Below are positions 1-10,732 of a stretch of DNA of 64,000 nucleotides, in pieces (within the stretch, counting starts at the first letter, position 1; each line of letters starts with the position of its first letter). The stretch is from assembly GCA_043228905.1 (NCBI GenBank), contig JBHGNT010000002.1, forward strand, positions 11,594,001-11,658,000, given 5' to 3'. Both the position numbers and the translations under genes were made by a program. A model generated the notes under the pieces. The model did not search any database, had not been told where the DNA came from, and saw only the letters and a list, made by a program, of their open reading frames with translations. Source of the stretch: Azolla caroliniana (Eukaryota > Plantae > Polypodiophyta).

Positions 1-919
1 TCTCGTGTTTAGAGGTCACTCAGAGAAGTCCACAACACAATCACTCGAAACAATCGATGCAATGTGACTTGCAAGACAATTTCAACTTCAACACTCCCAC
101 AAGACTCATGATTACTCAACACCAAAGACAAAAATGCACAAGTGATAAACCAACCCAAAACACTTTAAGGGTGTATTGTTAAGTACTCACCATCCATAAC
201 ATGACCCACGAAGACATAGACACCAAAATAGGCATCGAGCTCCAATGAACACTAAGAAGAGGGGGATAGAACTAAGAGTCTGGAATGGCTTGGTTCAAGC
301 CTAAAACAAGTTGTTAACCCGTTTTTAAATGGTTTGGCAATTTGTCAGTTCAGTTTGGCTTGGTTCATGCTTGAGCTTCGTAAATAAGTTTGACCTCTGT
401 TTGGCAAGGCTTGAGCCAAACCAAACCCAAATTGTGCCAATACGGTTTACAAACTGATTAAGACTTAACTAGTTTGGTTTGGACAAGGCCAAAATGGTTA
501 AGCCAAAACTGAACCGTCGACAATTCCTATATAGAATAAGACTTACCTCAAAGTTGTAGGCCAAATGGCAACACTAATTTGAAAGAGGTCAAACCTCATA
601 TTAAAAAGTTATAGTGACGTTTGTAACTCTTATTCCTTCTTGAGTTTTCCCTCTTCATATAACTTAAACAAGAGCTCTCTACCCCCAATTTCTTATTCTT
701 TAACTTCAGTGAGTAAAGTGATTAAGGTTAAGTGCTAATTTGTTACACACTAAACCTCTCCTCTTCTTGTATGTGTGTCGCATAGTCTTATACTAATCAA
801 GACAGGTTTGACATTAATACATATAATGTTTTCCTTTATGGATATGTATGCTTAACCTTGAAATTCTCATTAAGACCTACCTAACTAGTCCCTTAATTAA
901 GAGTTAAAGCGAGAGTTCT

Positions 920-2497
920 TGGTTATCCATTGGGATGGAATGCAACAGGCAAAGGAAAGGTTGAATGGGTTTTGCAAAAAGTGTGACAAAAGCTAAGCTA
1001 TTGGAAGATTGCAACATGGCCTCTCCATGTCAGATTGAGGACAATGCAATCTATATTCATGGCTTACATGCAATATTGCTTAATTATGATTGATTGGCTG
1101 AAACACATGATACAAAATATTAACTTAGAAATCATAAGCAACTTTTGGTGCTCTAAGCAGTTGTGTAGAGGTATACGACTCCTATCACCAAAGACGATAT
1201 GCACTCCACGATTGTCTGGAGGTTTAAATATTCTTAATTTGTAGTTGCATATGTTGGCTAAAAAAGCAACTTTACTACCCAATTTTGTTGAACAAACATT
1301 GCCTTGGGCAAGAATGCTATCATATATGTTTGATAATTTGAAAACCAAGTCATTTGGCTCATGGGATACTAACCATTGGGATGTAGTGATTGGAAAGCTT
1401 GATGAGCACATCAAAGGTTGTCCATTTAGCTCAACGCTTCTAAAGCATTGGAATGAAGTATTGCACCACATAAAATGGAGAGGTAGGAATTCAAAATTAG
1501 GGAAGTCTTTACACCTCGAAATCTTACATTGGAGTGTTATATTCCCACGGTCACTAGCTGAACAAGAGCCTAGGAAAGCTTATTTTTTAGCAAAGAAGGG
1601 GTTGAAATCAATTGCAAATGTGGTAAATGACCAAAGTCACCTATTAGGCTTCAATGACATGACATGTCATTATAGTATTGGGCCACATCATCGTGTTATT
1701 TGGAATCAAGTCACAAGATTGATACTTTCTTTAGTACCCCGTGCCACCTATAGATGGAGATCACAGTATTCAAGACTGGATATTACAAAAAGGCAACATT
1801 GTTATTCCAATGAATAAGATTACAACACATTATGTGGTTTCACGAACACACAAATGCATTGTGGCACCTACACAAAACCCAATCCTAGTGGAAAAACCAA
1901 CTTACAAGCTTATGGATCTCTAGTCTTCCACTTAAGCAATGAGTATTCCTATGGAGATGCCTATTGGGTGTGATCCTGACTAGGTCAAATCTTCAAAAGA
2001 GATTGATAGCCTCACCGCATTGTGCAAGATGTGATGGACGATTGGAAACAGTCCTACACTTATTATGGACTTGCTCATTCACTACAACATTTGTACAATG
2101 ACTAAGTGGATCGCTTTCTCATAGATTTCCTAGCCGAAGGTTTGGGAAACATTTTTGACTATTTGGATAAATTTTGTGTGCCTTATCTAGAAAGACCTAT
2201 TTTCTCCAATGGACAAGATTTTGGGCACTTTGGACCATTTGGATAGCCCACAATACTAATGTCTTTGATCGAAACCAATTGCATGAAGTTAACTTCTTTA
2301 AGCAATCCCTCGGGCAATCTCTATTTGATTGTTTACAACTTAGAGACATCACACTGCAAATTTACACTCTTTACTTTGACTGATTTTAAGCTCCTTAGTG
2401 TCTAATCGACACTTGTACATTTCTCTTTATTCTTTGTGGGGTTTCACCTCACTTTGAGGTTTCCCACTAGTAATAAAAGTGTTACTGGAAAAAAAAA
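920..2497 (+). mobile_element. Decayed, 5'-truncated L1-clade LINE (ORF2 C-terminal part with poly-A tail)
   Basis: Fragmented ORFs contain the L1 post-RT motif 'ICTPRLSGGLNILNL' (~1190-1241), a zf-RVT-like 'FLWRCLLG...CARCDGRLETVLHLLWTC' (~1945-2073) and 'LWTIWIAHN..VFD' (ORF 2174-2383). AATAAA at 2472-2477 is followed by A9 at 2489-2497. The 5' boundary is approximate. Confidence 0.8.
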
Positions 2498-2763
2498 GTT
2501 CACAAAGTTAGGGTTGTGACACTAGAGGCTCACGAGTGATTGATAGTCACTATCTCTTGGTTTTCTAATGATAGAGTATATGATGGTTCGAATCCATCAA
2601 CTAACAATATCTGCCTAGACTAAGACTGATGTTGGAAGCTACCAATGAGCTTTTCATATGTTTCTAAAGCAAGTTCACTAATGTTGAGAATCAAACTCAA
2701 CTTCCCTAGTGTGGGAACACACCTTAGGAGCATCCAAAACACCCCACCACTTTGTATAATAAC

Positions 2764-3360
2764 TGTAAAGAGTTGCGTATGCAAAAGCTTGAGCACAAAA
2801 GACACAACTAGCTCAGACGAACAACAGAAGACAATTAGGAATACACAGAGTGAGTGAGAGATAGAGATACTGAGTGAGCAGACAACAAGAAAAACTCGGT
2901 GCAAAACAATGTGCTCATAAAGCACTTATATACAAGCCTCTAACATAGGCTGACTCAAGTACTTGAATGCTCACACGTGAGCTCTGACACTAAATGCCTA
3001 TAATATTCCTATTTACTACGGCTTCTTCAACCGATCTTCCTCAATCGACTTGGTTGTCAGCTTATTCATTCGATCCGGCTCATGTTGAGCTTGTCTCTCA
3101 ACGCACCCCCTCAACACACCCCCTCAAGCTCAACTTGAGGTTCCTCCGTTTGCTTTGCCGGTTCTTTGCCTCATCTCCTTTTGCCAGCTTGTCTTCTGGG
3201 TTGTGTTCCACGACCCGTCCAATCCCGCGCTCCTTTACCCGTTCTATCAGTTTGTCTGCTCCTAAGGCCCTTGATGGCCTTCTCCTTGCCTCAGTAGAGT
3301 AGATGCCCTTCTAATCACCGATTCCTTCGTATCAGCGTCGACTTCAGTTTCTAAAAATCT
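2764..3360 (-). mobile_element. Copia family A 3' LTR (2764-3103) with PPT and a short internal remnant
   Basis: The reverse complement starts cGTTGAGAGACAAGCTCAAC, like the family-A LTRs at 40839 and 43825, and ends TTTACA. It is adjacent to a duplicated PPT (caccccctcaa x2, 3104-3127). The internal end is approximate. Confidence 0.7.
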
Positions 3361-4980
3361 CTTAATTTGGAGATCGGATGAGGGAGATATGACGATTAGA
3401 AGGTCGATGTGTCATAGCTAAAAATAGGGAGATAAAAAGCTTCTAAAAATAGCATGAACGAGGAAGAAGAGGAAGGTTATAAAATGTTGAGTGGCAAGCT
3501 CAACTGGAGCCGGATCGGTTGGATAAGCCTGAGCCGGCAAGCGAGATGGATTGGTAAGCCGTGAGCAACCGAGCCGGCAAGCAACAGAGCCGGTGAGCTG
3601 GGGAGCTGGTTAGCCGGATCCAATCGGTAACCGGTAGCCTAGTATTAGTTTAGACTACTAGGCAATTATAGTCTCGTAGTAAGTGTCAGAAGCTCATGTG
3701 AGCATTAAAGTACGTGGTACTTGTGTCAGTCCTACGAGGACTTGTATAAATAGTGCTACTGAGCATAGTTGTAAGATACAGGGTGATTATATTGTTTTTG
3801 AATATAGCTTTTACGTTCTGCTCTCTCTGTGTCTCCCGTGTACTCTGTGTGTTCCCTAATTTCTCTGTTTTCTAACGCTTTCGCAAGTAATCGTTTACAT
3901 GGTATCAGAGCGTGAGGGTTGAGAACCTCCTCTGCAGCTGACAAACGCTTGAAAGCAAAGCCTAACAGGTCATAAAACAACAGATAGAGAAGTGATGGAT
4001 AGAGGAATGGCTAGCTCGCTCCATGTGGAGAAACTCGATAGATCCAACTATGCATCTTGGTCGTATAAGATGCACTAGTACCTGCTTGGGCATGGCTACT
4101 GGAGTTTCGTCGAAGGAGCCAATGAAACAACACCTGATGTGGCACATAAGGACTTCCCAGTGTGGGAACAATCGGCAAGCAGAGTGATGTACTGCTTCGC
4201 GTCCAGTGTCGGAGACTAGCTGCTGAGCCACATCCGAGACGCCAAGACGCCGAAGGAGTCTTGGGGGAACCTGAAGAAGGTTTTCGCCGCGAGCACTACA
4301 ACCCGAAAGCTGCAACTCCGACAGGAGTTGAGCAATGTCCGATAGAAGGACATGTTGGTGGCGGATTACACGGCACGGATCAAAGAGATTTGTGACTCCT
4401 TGCCTCTATCAACGTTACCGTAGAGGAAGACGAGATGGTACAGGTCTGTCTTGGGGGCCTGACGTCTAAGTTCAAAGCGTTTCGAACGGCGGTGTGTACA
4501 AGGGAGAATACGCCATCATTTTTTGACTTACAGTCGATGCTCCTTGTAGAGGAGAACCACGCCGGTGCGTCAACTAGCGCACCCACTGACAGCCGGATGT
4601 TGTACACGGAGGCGGATCGGTCCCGTGGGCGTGGTGGACGAGACGGGTCGGCACGCAATGGAGGCGGCCGGCAAGAACAAGAACGAAGGCACAGAGAACA
4701 TGCCGACAATAGTTCCGGGAGTCCGACAAGTAGGGGGAGTCATGGCGACACCGGAAGACGGCAAGAGAAGGCAGCAACGGAATGCTGGTACTGTGGCAAA
4801 AAAGGCCACAGAGAAAGCGAGTGCTGGAGAAAACGAGCCGATTCGGACAAATCCGGATACAGAAAGGCTGGCAAAGCTCGCACTACGCGAAGGGATCGGG
4901 AGGATCCAAGAACAGTAAAGGGCCAACCTTGGTAATGAAGCATGAGGCGAACTCGATGAAGAAGACCACTGTCATAACTA

Positions 4981-5033
4981 GACTCGAACCCATAACCTTT
5001 TGTTACACGGGTCGAGACTTTACCATTAGGTTA
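4981..5033 (-). promoter_or_regulatory. tRNA-like Pol III type-2 promoter module (A box and B box), antisense within the LTR
   Basis: On the minus strand, TAACCTAATGG (5033-5023) and GGTTCGAGTC (4990-4981) are 43 nt apart start-to-start, as in tRNA genes. Function is inferred. Confidence 0.55.
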
Positions 5034-5091
5034 TGAATTGTAATTTGAAGGATATTATTTTCATTTAGGTTTTATTGGGAAATTGATGTAT

Positions 5092-5152
5092 ATTCCAGAT
5101 TTCTCTAGAACATTCTAGAAACTTCAGGAGTATTCCTGAAGACACTATAAAA
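5092..5152 (+). promoter_or_regulatory. Heat shock element array plus TATA box in LTR U3
   Basis: In-register alternating pentamers aTTCc aGATt tCTCt aGAAc aTTCt aGAAa cTTCa gGAGt aTTCc tGAAg (5092-5141; 7 of 10 perfect, 4 consecutive). TATAAAA follows at 5146. Confidence 0.8.
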
Positions 5153-5259
5153 GGAGGCGCAAGGCATTAGTTCGAACCAAATCGGTTCAACGCCAGTCTT
5201 AAGCCTTCTAACTACTGTTGTATATCTTCCTTCATATAATACATATATCTTTCGCATCA

Positions 5260-5297
<38 letters not shown>

Positions 5298-5432
5298 ACT
5301 CATTCCTTCTCTCAAAGTTCGACACCTCTCATAGTACTAATCCTTCTCTGTCTTAGTACTATTCCCCAACAATAGTACTAATCCTTCTTTTAGTACTAAT
5401 TCCTTCTCTGCCTTAATAGAGTTCCTGACAGT

Positions 5433-5444
5433 TTGAACCGATTT
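5433..5444 (+). promoter_or_regulatory. Self-priming primer-binding site
   Basis: TTGAACCGATTT is the exact reverse complement of AAATCGGTTCAA (5179-5190), which lies 33 nt after the TATA start at the expected mRNA 5' end. There is no TGG-type tRNA PBS. Confidence 0.85.
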
Positions 5445-5531
5445 TTGGGTGCCTGTCTGGTCTTTTCTCTCCCTCTTCCTTCTGTCTCCCTCCTTTCCTA
5501 CTAGTCTCTTATTTCCCTTTTCCTTCATCCC

Positions 5532-6695
5532 ATGGCCACCGTTAGCGCTGAAGAGTATCAATCCGTTTTCTCGGAATTTCAATGCTTGAAAGAGAAGTTT
5601 CATGCTTTGGAACAAGAAAATCAACGCTTGTTGGGGGATCTTCAGCAAATTTCCTTAGAAAAGCAGCAAACGCAACAACAGCATGGGGAACTTGCGTTAC
5701 GCGTGCAACAACTCGAAGCAACCATCGTAGCAATGCAACAACAAGGGCACGGAGCACAAGGGATTCATAAAGAACCCAAGATTGGCCTTCCCACGAAGTT
5801 CGATGGAACGCGATCGCAGTTTAGAGGGTTTCTTAACCAGGTACAGTTAGTTATTCAAATGCATCCGTCCCGATATCCCACCGATGCATCACGAGTGGGT
5901 TTAGTAGGCACGTTGTTAAATGGCTCAGCATTAGCATGGTTCGCTCCGCTACTAGAAAAGGAATCTCCAGTACTAAATAATTTTGAAGAATTCATAAGTG
6001 AGTTTAAAGCATGTTTTGGAGATACTGACAGCATAAGGACTGCAATCAACAAAATCCGGCGATTACGCCAAGGTGACCGTCCAGCCTCCGCATATGCTGC
6101 AGATTTCCGTCTACTCGCCGCCGATATCCCCTGGGATGATCAAGCGTTGATGGAGCAGTTCCGCTATGGTCTACGCAACGATGTCAAGGATTTACTCTTG
6201 ACTTTCCCTGAAGAGCCAAAATCATTAACAGAAGCAATCAGTCGAGCGGTCAGATGTGACAACCGCCTCTTCGAGCGACGTTCGGAACGACAATTTCAGA
6301 TGCCGAGGGCAAGATCCGAGCCTACCTATGCCTCAGTGGTAGCGAAACCTTTTCAAAGGGAGTCACATAATGCGCCTCCAGTAAGTACTCCAACTCCAAT
6401 GGAAATTGACACTACACGTCGTCGTGGGCCGCTATCGGAGGAGGAAAAGCAACGACGCCGAACAAACCGATTATGCCTTTATTGCGGTGGACCAGGGCAT
6501 ATCGCGATAAACTGTCCCCATAGACCAAGAAGGCAGGTAAACCAAGTCGTTGTTAGTTCTGACTATACTAAACCCGAGTCTATTTCAGTAGGAATCTCTG
6601 ATAGTCCTCATAGTCATAATAGTCCTAATAGTAGTCCGAATCTCGCAAACAAATTTGATGTCCTTAGCCAATTAGAAGAAGAGTTAAACGACTAA
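5532..6695 (+). CDS. gag: Gag polyprotein (coiled coil, capsid, CCHC zinc knuckle), 387 aa, intact
   Basis: Uninterrupted ORF with 'PTKFDGTRSQFRGFLNQ', 'PMEID' and 'CLYCGGPGHIAINC'. Confidence 0.92.
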   Translation: MATVSAEEYQSVFSEFQCLKEKFHALEQENQRLLGDLQQISLEKQQTQQQHGELALRVQQLEATIVAMQQQGHGAQGIHKEPKIGLPTKFDGTRSQFRGFLNQVQLVIQMHPSRYPTDASRVGLVGTLLNGSALAWFAPLLEKESPVLNNFEEFISEFKACFGDTDSIRTAINKIRRLRQGDRPASAYAADFRLLAADIPWDDQALMEQFRYGLRNDVKDLLLTFPEEPKSLTEAISRAVRCDNRLFERRSERQFQMPRARSEPTYASVVAKPFQRESHNAPPVSTPTPMEIDTTRRRGPLSEEEKQRRRTNRLCLYCGGPGHIAINCPHRPRRQVNQVVVSSDYTKPESISVGISDSPHSHNSPNSSPNLANKFDVLSQLEEELND

Positions 6696-9600
6696 GTCCA
6701 GCCAAAATAGGAGCCGTTTGGTTGGACAGCCCTAGATCTGTGCAGCCCATTAGTGGTTCCATTCCCTCTAAGCAAGTTAGTGATGTGTTCGTAGCCCAAG
6801 TAGCAGTTAGTACTAAAAGTACCCCTCCAGTACATACCTTAGCCCTTCTAGATTCCGGAGCTAATTCTTGCTTCATGGATAGGAATTTTGCCCGAGCTCA
6901 TCAGATATCTCTCAGAAAGCTCCCATGTCCAGCCTCAGTAATAGTCATTGATGGTCGTCCCATTGCTTCTGGTAATATCATAGAAGAGTCGGAACCCATT
7001 AATATTGTCCTAGATAACTTAACATGTGTAGTATCATTTAATATTATTAGTATTCCAGAACATCCCATAGTTTTAGGATTACCATGGTTCGAGTTACATA
7101 ACCCAGACATAGATTGGAGGACAAGGGAAATCCGGTTGCGACAAACCCGAGGATCTACCCAGAAGGTTGCAACCATTTCGCTACGTCAGTTGCGTGAGGA
7201 AGGGCGCAAGGAGGAAATGTTTCTCTTCGCAATATCAGTACAACCCTCCAGCACCACCAAAGAGGAGTCCACCGTTCAACTTCCCGAGAAGTATCGTCAG
7301 TATGCTGATGTGTTCGATAAAGTACAAGCCAACACACTTCCTCATCATCGGCCGTACGATTGCGCCATCGACTTACAACCGGGAAAAGAGCCGCCATGGG
7401 GGCCGATCTACAATTTGTCACCAACCGAGCTAGAAGTCCTTCGAGCCTATATAGAGGAGAATTTGGAGAACGGTTTCATTCGGCATTCGAAATCTCCAGC
7501 CGGCGCACCCATTTTCTTCGTCAAGAAAAAAGATGGCTCGCTTCGATTCGTTGTAGATTACCGTGGCTTGAATAAGGTCACAGTAAGAAATAGGTATGCT
7601 CTTCCCCTTATCTCAAGTCTTTTAGAACGGATCAACGGTGCCAGGTTCTTCACGAAGATCGACTTACGAGGAGCCTATAACCTCGTACGGATCCGACCAG
7701 GAGATGAATGGAAGACCGCGTTTCGCACCAGATATGGGCACTTCGAGTATACGGTCATGCCGTTCGGACTCACTAATGCGCCGGCAGTCTTCCAGCACAT
7801 GGCGAATGATATATTTCGAGATCTCTTGGATGATTTTTTGATCATCTATTTGGATGATCTACTGGTTTATTCAAAGACCCAAGAAGAACATGATTCTCAT
7901 GTACTATTAGTACTAAAACGACTTCGAGAACATGGTCTGTATGCAAAGTTAGAGAAATGTAGTTTCGGGTGCAACCAAGTGGAATTTCTCGGCTATGTCA
8001 TCTCCTCAGAAGGCATATCCATGGACCCAGCCAAGGTCAAAACGGTGATAGAATGGCACACTCCGCGTTCGGTGCGGGATGTGCAATGCTTCCTAGGCTT
8101 TGCAAATTTTTACCGGAAGTTCATACAAAATTACTCAAAAATTGTGCTGCCTCTCACACAGCTCACCAGGAAGGGACAATCATTCATTTGGTCTAAAGAG
8201 ACGGACATGGCTTTCGAGAGTCTTAAGAAGGCGTTTACATCAGCTCCAATTTTAGGTCATGTGGATCCGGAAAAACCATTCATTATCGAAGCTGACGCAT
8301 CGGATTTCGCATTGGGGAGCATTCTGTCACAACAGGGTAACGACAAGAAGCTACATCCTGTGGCTTTCCACTCCCGTAAGTTTGACGCCACCGAAATCAA
8401 CTACGAAATTCATGATAAAGAGCTATTAGCAATAGTTGATTCTTTTATGCAATGGAGGCATTTCCTGGAGGGATCTCCTCATCAGGTCACTGTATTCAGT
8501 GACCACAAGAACCTTGCCTACTTTCAAGATGCTCGTGTACTGAATCGACGTCAAGCTCGGTGGGCCCACTTCCTCACACGCTTCGACTTCAAAATTACAT
8601 ATCGTCCGGGAAAGCACCAAGGGAAGGCAGATGCGTTATCACGGCGTTCGTATCTAACACCACGTCCCGGTGAGCCAGCCTTCGATAACCAGAAGCAAGT
8701 AATCTTGGGTCCAGCACGACTGCAAGCAGCACAGGTCTTTGACATGCCCGTGGATTCCGACATTACCAATACTATACGTGAGGACTTGAAGACTGACGCT
8801 TTCGCCCAAGCTATACTAGCACAAATTGACCCCTCTCGAGCGTCATGTTCACAATCACAATCACCAGGTACGGATTATCGGCAATTCAAATACTGTGATG
8901 GATTACTCTTCTTTAAAGAACTTTTGTATGTTCCTAATGGTTCTTGCCGCCTTCGAGTAGCACAAAACTGCCATGACACATATACAGCAGGACATTTTGG
9001 TAGTACTAAAACATTAGATTTAGTACAACGATCATTCTGGTGGCCCCGTATGCGACAATTTGTCGAAGATTTTGTTCGGACTTGCGATACATGCTGCAGA
9101 GCGAAAATGCCAAGACATCATCCATATGGTTTATTAGAACCATTACCAATTCCAAGCAAGCCATGGCAATCCATTGCTCTTGACTTCATTACAGATCTTC
9201 CAGTCTCTAAGGGATTCAGTGCGATTCTCACAGTGGTGGATCGATATACGAAGATGGCTCATTTCTTACCATGTACTAAAGAAATATCTAGTGAAGACAC
9301 CGCCGAAATTGTCATGCGGGAAGTATGTCGGCATCACGGACTCCCTGATAATATCATCAACGATCGTGGACCCCAGTTTGTGTCAAAATTCTGGAAGCAC
9401 CTTTTTAAAATGCTGAAGGTCACTTGTAACCTCTCCTCCGGCTACCACCCACAAACCGACGGTCAAGCCGAACGAACAAATCAAACACTGGAGCAGTATC
9501 TGCGGTGCTTTCTCAACTATCATCAGAATGATTGGGCAGATATTCTTTAGTTCGCCGAATTTGCCTATAATAACGCTATCCACGCATCGACTAAAGTCAC

Positions 9601-10279
9601 GCCATTCTACGCTTATACGGGATATCATCCCCGGTGGTGTGTCCTTGAAACCCCAGAAGTGTCCACAAATCCTTGCGCGGAGGATCGTTTGGAGCGGTTA
9701 CGCAAGATACAAGCGGATTTATCCACTCAACTCCAGCAAGCTCAACAATCACACAAGGACTACGCAGATCGTCATCGACTTCCATCCAGTTTTAACATTG
9801 GAGATCGGGTGTGGCTGCTACGACGACACATCAAGACTACTCGCCCATGTGAGAAGTTGGATTATCGGCGATTAGGTCCTTTCCGTATTATCGGGAAGAT
9901 TAATGATGTCGCTTTTCGTCTCGAGCTACCTCCGCAACTTCGGATACATCCGGTGTTTCATAGTTCTCTCCTCGAACCCTATCACGAGAGCACTATCCCA
10001 GGACGTACTATACAACCACCACCTCCTATCGAGCTCGAAGATGGACCTGAGTATGAGGTCGCTGCCATCCTCGATTCCAAGATTGTTCGCAACAAGCTCT
10101 ACTATCTAGTCGATTGGCTAGGATATAGTCCCAGCGAGCGTACTTGGGAACCGATCGAGAATGTGACCAATGCTCGTGCTCTTCTAGAAGACTTCCATCG
10201 ACGATACCCCGAGAAACCGGGTCCTCAATCTAAAACGACTCGTGGAACTCGTCGTTTTAAAGGGGGGATAGTGTCATAA
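6668..10279 (+). CDS. pol: Pol (protease, RT, RNase H, integrase, chromodomain) with one in-frame TAG at 9548-9550
   Basis: Motifs LLDSGA, YLDD and DASD..ELLAI..DALSR, integrase HHCC and D-D-E, GPF, and chromodomain 'EYEVAAILDSK...YLVDWLGY...TWEP'. ORFs 6722-9550 and 9659-10279 are in the same frame. Confidence 0.92.
6683..6760 (+). other. Predicted -1 programmed ribosomal frameshift signal (G_TTA_AAC plus pseudoknot)
   Basis: Heptamer at 6683-6689 in the gag frame. The pol frame (-1) is open from 6668. An 11-bp stem pairs 6696-6706 with 6717-6727, and loop GGAGCC (6710-6715) can pair with GGTTCC (6755-6760). Confidence 0.75.
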
Positions 10280-10561
10280 CTAGACTCGAACCCATAACCT
10301 TTTGTTACACGGGTCGAGACTTTACCATTAGGTTATGAATTGTAATTTGAAGGATATTATTTTCATTTAGGTTTTATTGGGAAATTGATGTATATTCCAG
10401 ATTTCTCTAGAACATTCTAGAAACTTCAGGAGTATTCCTGAAGACACTATAAAAGGAGGCGCAAGGCATTAGTTCGAACCAAATCGGTTCAACGCCAGTC
10501 TTAAGCCTTCTAACTACTGTTGTATATCTTCCTTCATATAATACATATATCTTTCGCATCA

Positions 10562-10599
<38 letters not shown>

Positions 10600-10732
10600 A
10601 CTCATTCCTTCTCTCAAAGTTCGACACCTCTCATAGTACTAATCCTTCTCTGTCTTAGTACTATTCCCCAACAATAGTACTAATCCTTCTTTTAGTACTA
10701 ATTCCTTCTCTGCCTTAATAGAGTTCCTGACA
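10272..10732 (+). repeat. 3' LTR of the young chromovirus
   Basis: Matches 4970-5430. The ORF track gives identical spurious 64-aa ORFs in both LTRs. Confidence 0.95.

Larger units (their letters stand above)
4970..5430 (+). repeat. 5' LTR of the young chromovirus
   Basis: TGTCATAAC...TTCCTGACA, matching 10272-10732. Contains TATAAAA at 5146, a (CT)n tract and four TAGTACTA palindromes. Confidence 0.95.
4970..10732 (+). mobile_element. Full-length young Ty3/gypsy chromovirus (Tcn1-like), self-priming
   Basis: LTRs 4970-5430 and 10272-10732 (461 bp each, TG...CA, no difference seen by eye). TSD ACCAC at 4965-4969 and 10733-10737. PPT AAAGGGGGGA just before 10272. Domain order is gag-PR-RT-RH-INT-chromodomain. 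Confidence 0.95.

Noticed and set aside
270-530. MITE with TTGGTT/AACCAA subterminal repeats ending GACAATTCCTA
   Set aside because: Only one plausible terminus, with no matching TIR or TSD found.
9545-9560. Programmed stop-codon readthrough in integrase
   Set aside because: The context TAG-TTC is not a known readthrough motif such as CARYYA, and the decayed homolog near 27800 has sense codons here. A point mutation is simpler.
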